A DNA stretch of 64,000 bases from Acidobacteriota bacterium. GTDB lineage: Bacteria; Acidobacteriota; Thermoanaerobaculia; Multivoradales; UBA5704. Positions 8,998 through 17,679 of the stretch are shown piece after piece (the stretch's first letter is position 1; each line of letters begins with the position of its first letter). The stretch spans positions 20,405 through 84,404 of the forward strand of contig JBKPTH010000056.1 in assembly GCA_046765915.1 (NCBI GenBank), given 5' to 3'. A program made the translations under genes and the position numbers. The notes below the pieces were generated by a model. It was not told the DNA's origin. It did no database searches and was given only the letters and a program-made list of their open reading frames with translations.

Positions 8998-9301
8998 CGC
9001 GGCATCGTAGCAGCGGAATCCTGCCGGAAAGCGCGCTATTCGCCCCGAAAAGCACCTCCGTTTGTGAATGACATTTCATCCGTCCAGGTCTGCCGGGGCG
9101 CCCGCCGCTCCGCCGGAGAAACTGTCCGTGGTCCGTCCGGCGTCCCGGCGTGCGGGATCTCTGCTCGCGGAACTCTTCCGGCGCTCGCCAAACGGCGGCG
9201 GCGGGGGTATACTGCCCGCAATTTCGCAGCAACGAGACGAGCGGGACGACCGCCGGGCCGAATCCTCGGCGACGGATCGGTAGCCGGCATGGCGTGGGAG
9301 C

Positions 9302-10354
9302 ATGAAGCCGTCCGATCTCAACCTTCTCACCCGGTCTCTCTGGTTCACGGCGGCGATCGCGGCGGCCGTCCTGGTCGTCGCGCTGCTGCTGGTGTACGAC
9401 CTGGTGGCGGTGGCGGACGATCCCCTGCTGGCGCGCCAGATCGGCTGGAACCTGCTGTTCATCGGGCTCTCCGCCGGCGCCCTGGCGGCGGGCGCGGCCT
9501 GGTGGGTGGTGCAGCGGATCACCCGTCCCTTGCGCCGATTGGCGCTGACCATGTCCGAGATGGCGCGCACGGGCAAGCTCAGCAGCGACTTCGCGGCGGC
9601 CGGCGGCGGCGCCGAGGTGCGCTTGATCGAAGAGACCCTGCGGGCGCTGACCACCTCTCTCGAGGAGTCGCTGCACGCCCGCGAACGCTCCTACGTCGAA
9701 GCGGTCGGCGCCGTGGTGACGGCCGCGGACGCCCGCGACCACGAGACGACCGGACACTCGTTCCGCGTCGCCCTCTACGCCACCACCCTGGCGAAGGCGA
9801 TGGGCATCCACGGCGAGGAGCTGAAGGCGATCGAGTGGGGAGCGCTGCTCCACGACGTCGGCAAGATGGTGGTGCCCGACGAGATCCTGCGCAAGGTCGG
9901 ACCGCTCACCGACGGCGAGTGGCAGATCATGAAGCAGCATCCGAACTGGGGTTTCGACATGCTGGCGGAGGTCAGCTTCCTGCAGCCGGCCGTGCTCGAC
10001 ATCATCTACTGCCACCACGAGCATTGGGACGGCGCCGGCTATCCGCGCGGCCTCGCGGATGAGGCCATCCCCCAGAGCGCCCGCATCTTCGCCGTGGTGG
10101 ACACCTACGACGCCATCACCTCGGACCGGCCGTACCGGCGCGCGCGCGGCCACCAGACGGCCGCCGGCGAGCTGCAGCGCGTGGCCGGCACGCAGCTCGA
10201 CCCGCGCATCGTCGAGGCCTTCCTCGCCATCCCCGAAGTCGAGCTGCGCCGGCTGCGCGAGCTCTGCAAGCGCGTGCACCCCGGCCTCAGCCTCCCCGCC
10301 GACCTGCTCGATTCCCTGGCCGAGCCGGAGCCGCGGAGCGATTTCGGGTTCTAG
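9302..10354 (+). CDS. Membrane HAMP + HD-GYP phosphodiesterase
   Basis: 2 TM, ITRPLRRL HAMP, HSFRVA, LLHDVGK, HHEHWDGAGYPRGL, DRPYR. Confidence 0.92.
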   Translation: MKPSDLNLLTRSLWFTAAIAAAVLVVALLLVYDLVAVADDPLLARQIGWNLLFIGLSAGALAAGAAWWVVQRITRPLRRLALTMSEMARTGKLSSDFAAAGGGAEVRLIEETLRALTTSLEESLHARERSYVEAVGAVVTAADARDHETTGHSFRVALYATTLAKAMGIHGEELKAIEWGALLHDVGKMVVPDEILRKVGPLTDGEWQIMKQHPNWGFDMLAEVSFLQPAVLDIIYCHHEHWDGAGYPRGLADEAIPQSARIFAVVDTYDAITSDRPYRRARGHQTAAGELQRVAGTQLDPRIVEAFLAIPEVELRRLRELCKRVHPGLSLPADLLDSLAEPEPRSDFGF

Positions 10355-10360
10355 GCCGGC

Positions 10361-10463
10361 AGGAAAAGGGATAAAAAGGATTTCAAGGATAGAAAAGACA
10401 AGGCTCCGGTAAGAGAACCTTTGTCTTTGTCGTTGTCATCCTTGGTATCCTTTTCGTCCTTTC
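10361..10463. repeat. Inverted pair of 9-bp-period AAGGAY arrays between convergent genes
   Basis: aaagggata/aaaaggatt/tcaaggata/gaaaagaca faces complementary atccttggt/atccttttc/gtccttt; related element at 60211-60295. Confidence 0.7.
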
Positions 10464-11382
10464 AGGGAATCCCATACCGCTTCCGCTTCTCCCACAACGC
10501 CTTGCGGCTGATGCCGAGCAGCTCGGCGGCGCGTCCCTGGTGCCCGCGCGTATAGGCGAGGGCGTTGCGGATCTGCTCCTTCTCCACCTCCAGAAGCGCC
10601 CGCGGCCGGGGCTCCAGGAACCCTTCGGGCGGCGGCGGGTCGACCGCGCCGCCGTCGGCGAGGATCAGCCCCCGCTCGAGGGTGTTGCGAAGCTGCCGCA
10701 GGTTGCCCGGCCACGGGTGCTCCAGCATCCAGGCCCGGGCGCGCGGCGCGAGGGCCTGGCCGGGATGGCCGAAGCGCTCGCCGAGGTCGGCCAAGAGGTG
10801 ATCGAGGATCGCGGGCAGGTCGGCGCGGCGCTCGCGCAACGGCGGCACGCGGAAGGCGAGGACCTCGAGACGATAGAAGAGGTCGGCGCGGAAGAGCTCG
10901 CGGGCGACGCGGCGCGGCAGGTCCTCGGAGCCGATGGCGACGAAGCGGACGCGCGCTTCCACCTCCCCGCCGCCCAGCGGGGCGTAGCGCCGCTCCGCCA
11001 CCAGGCGCAGGAGCTTCGGCTGCGCCGAAAGCGGCAGCTCCTCGACCTGATCGAGGACGAGCGTGCCGCCCTCGGCCCGGCCGACGCGGCCGTCGTTCGG
11101 CCGCCCGGCGCCGGTGAAGGCCCCCGCGCGATAGCCGAAGAACTCGCTCTCGAAGAGCGTGCTCGGAATGGCGCCGGGGTCCACCTCGACGAGAGGCCCC
11201 GCCGCCCGCGGACTGGCGCCGTGGAGGGCTCGGGCCACCGTCGAGCGGCCGCTGCCGGGCTCGCCGAGGAGAAGCACCGGCGCGTCGGTGGCGGCGGCCC
11301 GATCGATGCCGCGCAGACTGGCGGCGAGGGCCGGAAAGTCGAGCAGCAGACGGGGAAGGGAGAGAGGCGACCCCGCAGTCAC
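10462..11382 (-). CDS. Sigma-54 enhancer-binding-like protein (AAA+ and Fis HTH, no regulatory domain, degenerate Walker motifs)
   Basis: ESEFFGYRAGAFTGA, FRADLFYRL, PWPGNLRQL, AAELLGISRKAL; Walker A GEPGSGRS, Walker B VLDQV. Confidence 0.88.
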   Translation of the reverse strand: MTAGSPLSLPRLLLDFPALAASLRGIDRAAATDAPVLLLGEPGSGRSTVARALHGASPRAAGPLVEVDPGAIPSTLFESEFFGYRAGAFTGAGRPNDGRVGRAEGGTLVLDQVEELPLSAQPKLLRLVAERRYAPLGGGEVEARVRFVAIGSEDLPRRVARELFRADLFYRLEVLAFRVPPLRERRADLPAILDHLLADLGERFGHPGQALAPRARAWMLEHPWPGNLRQLRNTLERGLILADGGAVDPPPPEGFLEPRPRALLEVEKEQIRNALAYTRGHQGRAAELLGISRKALWEKRKRYGIP

Positions 11383-11753
11383 GCGCGGAACTCAGCCGTC
11401 AAGTCGGGCGCGTCGCTCCACAGGCGCTCGAGGGCGTAGTGCCGCCGCGGCTCCTCCTGGAAGACGTGCACCACGAGGTCTCCGTAGTCGAGCAGCACCC
11501 ACTGCCCGCGGTTGTAGCCTTCGACGTGCAGCGGGCGGACCCGGTGCTCCCGCAGCCTCTCCTGCACGGCGTCGGCGATCGCCTGTACCTGGCGTTCGCT
11601 GGTGCCGCCGCAGATCACGAAGTAATCGGTGAAGTCGCTGACCTTCTGCAGGTGGAGCACCTTCAGATCCACCGCCTTGCGATCGTCGGCGGCGGCCACG
11701 GCTTCTCGAACTCTCTGAGCGGTGTCGGTGAGGGCGATGGGTTCGGGATTCAT
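11379..11753 (-). CDS. rsfS: Ribosome silencing factor
   Basis: DRKAVDL, FTDYFVICGG, RQVQAIAD, WVLLDYGDLVVHVF, YALERLW; ATG at 11753 overlaps nadD stop. Confidence 0.95.
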   Translation of the reverse strand: MNPEPIALTDTAQRVREAVAAADDRKAVDLKVLHLQKVSDFTDYFVICGGTSERQVQAIADAVQERLREHRVRPLHVEGYNRGQWVLLDYGDLVVHVFQEEPRRHYALERLWSDAPDLTAEFRA

Positions 11754-12352
11754 CTGTAGAGGGCGTATTTGTGCAGGTATCGTACCACCAACTCCGGCAC
11801 GGCTCCCGGCGGCAGCGGCAGGCCGGCCGCCAGAAGCTCCCGCAGCCGGGTCGAAGACACGTCGACCCCGGTCTGCCGCAGCAGGAGGACGCGGTCCGTC
11901 CGCGCCAGCGCGGCCACCTCGGGATCGAGAGCCGCGGCGTCGAGACTCCAACCGGGACGGGCGAGGACGGCGAGCCGGGCCGCCCGCGGGATCTCCCGCC
12001 AGCGCACCCAATGATGCAGATCGGCCAGGGAGTCGCCGCCGATGAGCAGGAAGAGCTCGGCATCCGGCATCTCGCCGCGGAAGTACTCCAGGGTCTCGAT
12101 GGTGTAGGCCGGCCGGTCCAAGGTCAGCTCGTGCGGCGAGGCGTAGAGCCCCTCCTCGCCGAGCAGGGCGAGCTCCACCATGGCGTAGCGGGCGAGCGGC
12201 GGCGCCAGGATGCGGCCGGGCTTGTGAGGCGGCCTGGCCGTCGGCAGGTAGATCACCCGCTCCAGCCCGAGTTGCTGCCGCGCCTCGCGCACCGGCTCGA
12301 TGTGGCCGCGGTGGATCGGATCGAAGCTGCCGCCGAAGAGACCGATCTTCAT
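11750..12352 (-). CDS. nadD: Nicotinate-nucleotide adenylyltransferase
   Basis: GLFGGSFDPIHRGH, PPHK, YTIETL, IGGDS, VSSTRLR; obgE-nadD-rsfS synteny. Confidence 0.95.
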   Translation of the reverse strand: MKIGLFGGSFDPIHRGHIEPVREARQQLGLERVIYLPTARPPHKPGRILAPPLARYAMVELALLGEEGLYASPHELTLDRPAYTIETLEYFRGEMPDAELFLLIGGDSLADLHHWVRWREIPRAARLAVLARPGWSLDAAALDPEVAALARTDRVLLLRQTGVDVSSTRLRELLAAGLPLPPGAVPELVVRYLHKYALYR

Positions 12353-13359
12353 CGCCGCTCCCCCGCCGCCTCCAGCCGCCGCGCCAGCTCCGAGATCAGC
12401 CGCGGCACGCCTTCGCCGGTGGCGGCGCTGATCTCCAGGTACGGCAGGCCCCGCTCGCCGGCCGCCCGCCGCAGATCCTCCCGGCGCTCGGGAAGCGCGG
12501 CGTCGAGCTTGCTCCCCACGATCAGCCGCGGGCGCTCCATCAGCTCCGGATTGAAAGCGGCCAGCTCGCGCTCGACGGTGGCGAGATCGGCCGCGGCGCT
12601 CCCCTCGGGGCTCGCCAGCTCCACCAGGTGGACGAGCACCCGGCAGCGCTCGACGTGGCGGAGAAACTGGATGCCGAGGCCGGCCCCCTCGGCGGCGCCG
12701 GCGATCAGCCCCGGCAGGTCGGCGATGACGAACGGCTCCGAGAGGGGGCCCTCGGCGACCACGCCGAGCTGCGGCACCAGGGTGGTGAAGGGATAGTCGG
12801 CGATCTTCGGCCGCGCCGCCGAGACGACGCTGATCAGCGTCGACTTGCCGGCGTTCGGCAGCCCGACGACGCCGATGTCGGCGAGGAGCTTGAGCTCCAG
12901 CCGCAGGCGGCGCTCCTCGCCCTCCTGCCCCGGATCGGCGCGGCGCGGCGCCTGGTTGGTGGCGGTGGCGAAGCGGGCGTTGCCCCGCCCGCCGCGGCCG
13001 CCGGCGGCGACGAGCAGGCGCTGGCCGTCCTCCAGGACCTCCCCCAGTTTCTCGCCGGTTTCCTGGACGTAGACGACGGTGCCCAGAGGGACCGGCACCT
13101 CGAGGTCCTCCCCGTCCTTGCCGGCTTTGTTGGAGCCCTCGCCGTGGCGGCCCCGCTCGGCGGCATAGAGCGAAGCGAAGCGCAGGTGGTAGAGGGTGTT
13201 GCGGTTGGCGTGGCCGGCCAGATAGACCGATCCGCCGTCGCCGCCGTCGCCGCCCGAGGGTCCACCCCGCGGCACGTACTTCTCGCGGCGGAAGGCCACG
13301 CAGCCGTTCCCGCCGCGTCCCGCCTGGACGTCGATGGTGGCTTCGTCGAGAAAGATCAA
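12349..13359 (-). CDS. obgE: GTPase Obg/CgtA
   Basis: FLDEATI, FRREKYVPRGGPSGGDGG, GLPNAGKST, YPFTTL, DLPG; likely TTG start at 13359. Confidence 0.96.
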   Translation of the reverse strand: MIFLDEATIDVQAGRGGNGCVAFRREKYVPRGGPSGGDGGDGGSVYLAGHANRNTLYHLRFASLYAAERGRHGEGSNKAGKDGEDLEVPVPLGTVVYVQETGEKLGEVLEDGQRLLVAAGGRGGRGNARFATATNQAPRRADPGQEGEERRLRLELKLLADIGVVGLPNAGKSTLISVVSAARPKIADYPFTTLVPQLGVVAEGPLSEPFVIADLPGLIAGAAEGAGLGIQFLRHVERCRVLVHLVELASPEGSAAADLATVERELAAFNPELMERPRLIVGSKLDAALPERREDLRRAAGERGLPYLEISAATGEGVPRLISELARRLEAAGERR

Positions 13360-13408
13360 GGTCGGTTCGAAAGGACCGCGCAAGCCGGGCCGCACGCCCG
13401 GCTCCGGA

Positions 13409-13693
13409 TCACTCGGCGGCGCCGGCGGTTCCGCTCTCGGCGGGCAGCAGGATGTGAACGTACGTCCCGCGCCGCCCCCGGTTCTGGAACTTGACGACGC
13501 CGTCCACCTTCGCGAAGAGAGTGTCGTCCTTGCCGCGGCCGACGTTGTTGCCGGGGAAGAACTTGGTGCCGCGCTGCCGCACGATGATCGAGCCGCCGGT
13601 CACCTGCTGGCCGCCGAAGGCCTTGACGCCGAGGTTCTGCGGGTTCGAATCGCGGCCGTTGCGGCTGGAGCCCTGTCCTTTTTTATGTGCCAT
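13409..13693 (-). CDS. rpmA: 50S ribosomal protein L27
   Basis: [16 protein letters not shown]...[10 protein letters not shown]. Confidence 0.98.
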   Translation of the reverse strand: MAHKKGQGSSRNGRDSNPQNLGVKAFGGQQVTGGSIIVRQRGTKFFPGNNVGRGKDDTLFAKVDGVVKFQNRGRRGTYVHILLPAESGTAGAAE

Positions 13694-13716
13694 GAGCTGA
13701 TACCTCTCCCGCCGGA

Positions 13717-14040
13717 CTAGGAGGCCGGCAACTCGATGCCTTCGATGCGCACCCGGTGCAGATGCTGCCGGTGGCCGGTCGTGCGGCGGTACGTCGTGCG
13801 CTTCTTCTTCTTGAAGACGCGGATCTTCGGCCCCTTCACCTCGCCCACCAGGGAGGCGGTGACGGCGGCGCCGTCGAGCGCCGGCTTGCCGTGCCGGGGA
13901 CCCTCGTCGCCGGCGACCATCAGCACCCGGTCGAAGCGCACCGCGCCATCCTCCCCGGGCGCGGAGAGGAGCTCGATATCGATCACGTCGCCCGGCGCGA
14001 CGCGGTATTGCTTGCCACCACTTTCAATCACTGCATACAT
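13717..14040 (-). CDS. rplU: 50S ribosomal protein L21
   Basis: [14 protein letters not shown]...FKKKKR...GHRQ; ATG at 14040. Confidence 0.97.
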   Translation of the reverse strand: MYAVIESGGKQYRVAPGDVIDIELLSAPGEDGAVRFDRVLMVAGDEGPRHGKPALDGAAVTASLVGEVKGPKIRVFKKKKRTTYRRTTGHRQHLHRVRIEGIELPAS

Positions 14041-14133
14041 TGGATTTGCTCCCGGAGTCCGTCCGAAGACGCGTGGACCGCGAACCATAGCACGGGAGTG
14101 GGGTTCGGTCAACGGCACCCTGGCCGCGACCTT

Positions 14134-14264
14134 ACCCAGGGCGGCCACATAGGGCCGCCCCTACAGGTCCCATGGATTGAAGCCAACCTCGTCCGCATGG
14201 CGCACCGAAATCTGGACGGCCACAGAACGATCTGTAGGGGCGGCCCTATGTGGCCGCCCTGGGT
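14134..14264. repeat. GTAG-family REP inverted doublet (REPIN)
   Basis: Two inverted copies of GTAGGGGCGGCCCTATGTGGCCGCCCTGGGT. Confidence 0.9.
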
Positions 14265-14324
14265 GGAGGCCGCCCTGGGGGTGAGGTCGAGCGGTACCTT
14301 TCTTGCTCTTGTTATCCTCCCGCC

Positions 14325-15218
14325 ATGCTGGCGCGCCTCTTCCTCCTCGCCACCGCCCTCTACCTGCGCCTGCTCGGCGCCCGGCGGAGGCGGCTGCGCA
14401 AGGGCGCGCTGACCCTCGCCTACTACGACATCGGTCCCCGGGACGGCGAGCCCTGGGTGCTGCTCCACGGCCTCGGCTCGGTCGCCGCCGGCTGGAGCCC
14501 CGTCCTGCGTGCCCTGCGCCGGAGCTGCCGCCTGCTGGTGCCCGAGCTCTCGGCCCTGGGCGGCACCGAATGCCCCGGCGGCGGCCTCCGCATGCGGGAG
14601 GGGGTCGAGATCCTGGCCGAGCTGATCGATCGCGAATCCGGCGGCCGGCCCGTCACCCTGGCCGGCCTCAGTCTCGGCGGCTGGATGGCGGCGCGGCTGG
14701 CTCTCGCCCATACCGAACGGGTCTCCCGCCTGGTGCTGATCGACGCCGGCGGCTACCACGATCAGGACTGGGAGAGGATCCAGTCCCTGGTGCTCATCGA
14801 CGACCTCGTCGGCGTCGACCGGCTCTACCGCGCCCTGTTCGTGCGGGTGCCCTGGCTGATGCGCCTCTCCCGCGCCGCCTTCCTCGAGGCCTACACCTCG
14901 CCGGGAACGAAGTTCACCCTCGCCGGGCTCAGCGAGGCGGATACCTTCGGCGACGCCGACCTCGCCCGCCTGCCGATGCCGACGGCGCTGATCTGGGGAG
15001 AGAAGGACGGCGTCTTCACCCTCAGGACGGCCAGGGCCATGGCCGCCGCCCTCCCCCGGGCCCATCTGGACGTGCTGCCGGGCTGCGGCCACGCCGTCCA
15101 CCTCGAGTGCCCGCGGGCCCTGATCCGCGCGCTGCAGCGCTTCCGCCGGGCCACGGCGGCGGCGGAGAGCCCGCGGAGCGGCGTTTTACCGGCCTCGGCC
15201 GCCGGCCGGCGGGTTTAG
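14325..15218 (+). CDS. Alpha/beta hydrolase
   Basis: VLLHGLG, GLSLGG nucleophile elbow, IWGEKD, CGHAVHLE; ATG at 14325. Confidence 0.9.
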   Translation: MLARLFLLATALYLRLLGARRRRLRKGALTLAYYDIGPRDGEPWVLLHGLGSVAAGWSPVLRALRRSCRLLVPELSALGGTECPGGGLRMREGVEILAELIDRESGGRPVTLAGLSLGGWMAARLALAHTERVSRLVLIDAGGYHDQDWERIQSLVLIDDLVGVDRLYRALFVRVPWLMRLSRAAFLEAYTSPGTKFTLAGLSEADTFGDADLARLPMPTALIWGEKDGVFTLRTARAMAAALPRAHLDVLPGCGHAVHLECPRALIRALQRFRRATAAAESPRSGVLPASAAGRRV

Positions 15219-15245
15219 ACTTCGGCTGGGAGAGGAGGCGATCCC

Positions 15246-15416
15246 ATGGCGCTGCCCGAGTACATCATCTGCCTGGAGTGCGAAACCCCTTGCTACGTCT
15301 TCGAATGGGAAGACGCGAAGGTCAGCGAGGCTCTCTGCCAGATCTGCGGCAACGACGATCCCGAGCAGTTCGCTCTGCCGGAAGACCTCGAAGAGATGAT
15401 GGACACCCCAGGTTGA
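15246..15416 (+). CDS. Small acidic CxxC...CxxC (zinc-ribbon-like) protein, 56 aa
   Basis: Read from DNA: MALPEYIICLECETPCYVFEWEDAKVSEALCQICGNDDPEQFALPEDLEEMMDTPG*; GAGGAGG RBS; absent from ORF track. Confidence 0.8.
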   Translation: MALPEYIICLECETPCYVFEWEDAKVSEALCQICGNDDPEQFALPEDLEEMMDTPG

Positions 15417-15551
15417 GTCTCCACATATAAGATCTAGCCCAATTACCTTCTCGGCCTGCTTCAGGGCCCTTCCTGGACGAGATTTACCTCGCCGAATCAG
15501 TGGTTTGCGCGCTCTTTCACTGAATCGAGCTAAGATTTAGCAGAAAGGGGG

Positions 15552-15580
15552 TTGACAAGATCTTAGCGGTCGAATATCAT
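15552..15580 (+). promoter_or_regulatory. Sigma-70-type promoter of hsp20
   Basis: TTGACA (15552-15557), 17-bp spacer, TATCAT (15575-15580). Confidence 0.75.
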
Positions 15581-15639
15581 CTTCTCGATCGGAAGGGCCG
15601 AGAGCCTTTCCAAACACCGAGGACAAAGGAGGAAACACC

Positions 15640-16083
15640 ATGCTCAATTCCGTTACCCGCTGGAATCCCGCGGCTGCGGCCTACCTGACCCGCGAGCCTT
15701 TCTCGCGGCTGCTCGACAACTTCTTCAACGACCTCCAGGGCGAGGAGGTCTCCAACCGGGGCTGGATGCCGCCGGTGGACATCCAGGAGACCGAGGAGGC
15801 CTACAAGCTCCACGCCGAGCTGCCGGGGCTGACCAAGGACGACATCAACATCACCCTCGAGAACAACGTCCTGCGCCTCTCCGGCGAGCGCAAGTTCGAG
15901 AAGGAGGCGAAGAAGGACAGCTATCACCGCATCGAGCGGACCTACGGCTCCTTCACCCGCGCCTTCACCCTGCCGCACCAGGTCAACCCGGAGGGCGTGC
16001 AGGCCACCTTCGAGAACGGCGTCCTGACCATCACCGTCCCCAAGGCCGAGCAGGCGAAGCCGCGCAAGATCAGCATCAGTTGA
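15640..16083 (+). CDS. Hsp20/alpha-crystallin small heat shock protein
   Basis: PPVDIQET, ELPG, ERTYGSFTRAFTLP, ATFENGVLTITVPK, C-terminal IxI. Confidence 0.96.
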   Translation: MLNSVTRWNPAAAAYLTREPFSRLLDNFFNDLQGEEVSNRGWMPPVDIQETEEAYKLHAELPGLTKDDINITLENNVLRLSGERKFEKEAKKDSYHRIERTYGSFTRAFTLPHQVNPEGVQATFENGVLTITVPKAEQAKPRKISIS

Positions 16084-16103
16084 GGCGATCTGGAGGCTTC
16101 GGT

Positions 16104-16139
16104 GTAGGGGCGCCCCTGCGTGGGCGCCCTTTTCATTTT
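16104..16139 (+). terminator. GTAG REP hairpin followed by T-tract; probable hsp20 terminator
   Basis: gtaggggcgcccctgcgtgggcgccc then ttttcatttt. Confidence 0.65.
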
Positions 16140-16150
16140 CGGTCGTTTGA

Positions 16151-17575
16151 TCAGGCGTTCGCTGGGACTTCCACCGCCGGCCGCGGCGCCGGCTCGGCGG
16201 GCGAGGCGGCCGGCAGCTCGACGATGACCGTGGTGCCGATCCCCTGGGTGCTGCGCACCGCGACGCGGCCGCCATGGGCGCGGGCGATCCGCTCCACGAT
16301 GGCGAGCCCGAGCCCGGTGCCGCCCTTGCGGGTCGAGTAGAAGAGGTCGAAGATGCGGTCCTGCTCCGCGGCCGACATGCCGGCGCCGTTGTCTGCCAGC
16401 TCCAGGCAGACGGCGGCGCCCTGGCGATAGGTCGAGAGCTTGAGCAGGGGCTGCCGCTTCGCCTCCTCGGCGGCGGCGAAGGCGTTGCGCGCCAGGTTGA
16501 GGAGGAGCTGGTTCATCTGCGCGGCGTCGATCCTGACGCGCGCGCCGCCGCTGCGGTCTTCGACCTCCACCAGCGCCCGCCGCTGCTGGATCTCCCCCGC
16601 CAGCACCTCGCGCAGCCGCTCCAGCGGCCGCACCGCCGACATTTCCTCCAGCTCCAGCGGCCGCGGCTTGGCGTAGGCGAGGAAGTCGGTCACCAGCCGC
16701 TCCAGCCGGTTGATCTCGGAGCGGGTGATCGACAGCAGGCGCTTGCCGCTGGGCGCCGAGCCGCGCTCGTCGATCTCCTCCTCCAGCATCTGCATGTTGA
16801 GGTTGAGCGAGTTGAGCGGATTGCGGATCTCGTGCGCCAGGCCCGAGGCCAGGGTGCCGATGTAGGCCAGCCGCTCGGCCTCGGCCGCCTGCACCTCCAG
16901 CCGCTGCGTCCGCTTCATCAACAGCCAGACGGCGGCGTAGGCCGAGAGCAGCAGCACCATCGAGACCACCCCCACCAGCGTCGTCTGGCGGATCAGGTCG
17001 GCGCGCAGCACCTCGATCCGCCTGCCGAGCTCCCCGGAGCTGAGGCCGATCTGCAGCAGGCCGTAATCGCCGATCGGCACCTGGATGTCCGGTACGCTGA
17101 ACGTCGACTCGCTGGTCTTGGTCTCGACCTGCGGCGCCTGCTGGACGTGCCCCTGCAGCTCGGGCGAGCCCACGGGCGGGACCATCGCGGCCTCCCTCTC
17201 CCTGCCGGGCCTGGCCAGCACCCGCGCCTCGGCCCTCCCCTTGTAGACGAGCACGCCGTTCTTGTCGTGGATCGTCACCTCCCGCACGATCTCGCGCTGG
17301 TACAGCATCTGGTCGATGTAAGTGCGCGTCTCCTTCTCGGCGGCCACGGCGGTCAGGAGGTCCTTTCCCTGGTCGGCCTGGCGCTTGATCTGGTCCGCCA
17401 GCTTCTTCGCTTCCTCCTTCGTCTCCAGCAGCACGCGCTGCACCTCGCGCTGGGAGAGCGAGCGGAAGATCAGCCAGCCGAAGAGGACGATGTCGCAGAG
17501 GACGAACAGGCCGAAGACCAGCGAGGCGATCAGCAGCCGGCGCGAGAAGACGGATTTCGCTGTGCGTTCCACCAT
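16151..17575 (-). CDS. Membrane sensor histidine kinase
   Basis: 2 TM, LAHEIRNPL H-box, NLARNA, DNGAG, GGTGLGL. Confidence 0.93.
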   Translation of the reverse strand: MVERTAKSVFSRRLLIASLVFGLFVLCDIVLFGWLIFRSLSQREVQRVLLETKEEAKKLADQIKRQADQGKDLLTAVAAEKETRTYIDQMLYQREIVREVTIHDKNGVLVYKGRAEARVLARPGREREAAMVPPVGSPELQGHVQQAPQVETKTSESTFSVPDIQVPIGDYGLLQIGLSSGELGRRIEVLRADLIRQTTLVGVVSMVLLLSAYAAVWLLMKRTQRLEVQAAEAERLAYIGTLASGLAHEIRNPLNSLNLNMQMLEEEIDERGSAPSGKRLLSITRSEINRLERLVTDFLAYAKPRPLELEEMSAVRPLERLREVLAGEIQQRRALVEVEDRSGGARVRIDAAQMNQLLLNLARNAFAAAEEAKRQPLLKLSTYRQGAAVCLELADNGAGMSAAEQDRIFDLFYSTRKGGTGLGLAIVERIARAHGGRVAVRSTQGIGTTVIVELPAASPAEPAPRPAVEVPANA

Positions 17576-17679
17576 TTCAGGTCCAGGATATCTCGGGGCC
17601 GCGGAGGGCCGCCTCTACGTCAACAACGCGGCGCGGGCTTTCCTTTCCTCTCCCGGTCGGTTACCATGGCGCCGTTTCT

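Noticed and set aside
15520-15580. CIRCE element before hsp20
   Set aside because: TTAGC half-matches only; no TTAGCACTC-N9-GAGTGCTAA arrangement
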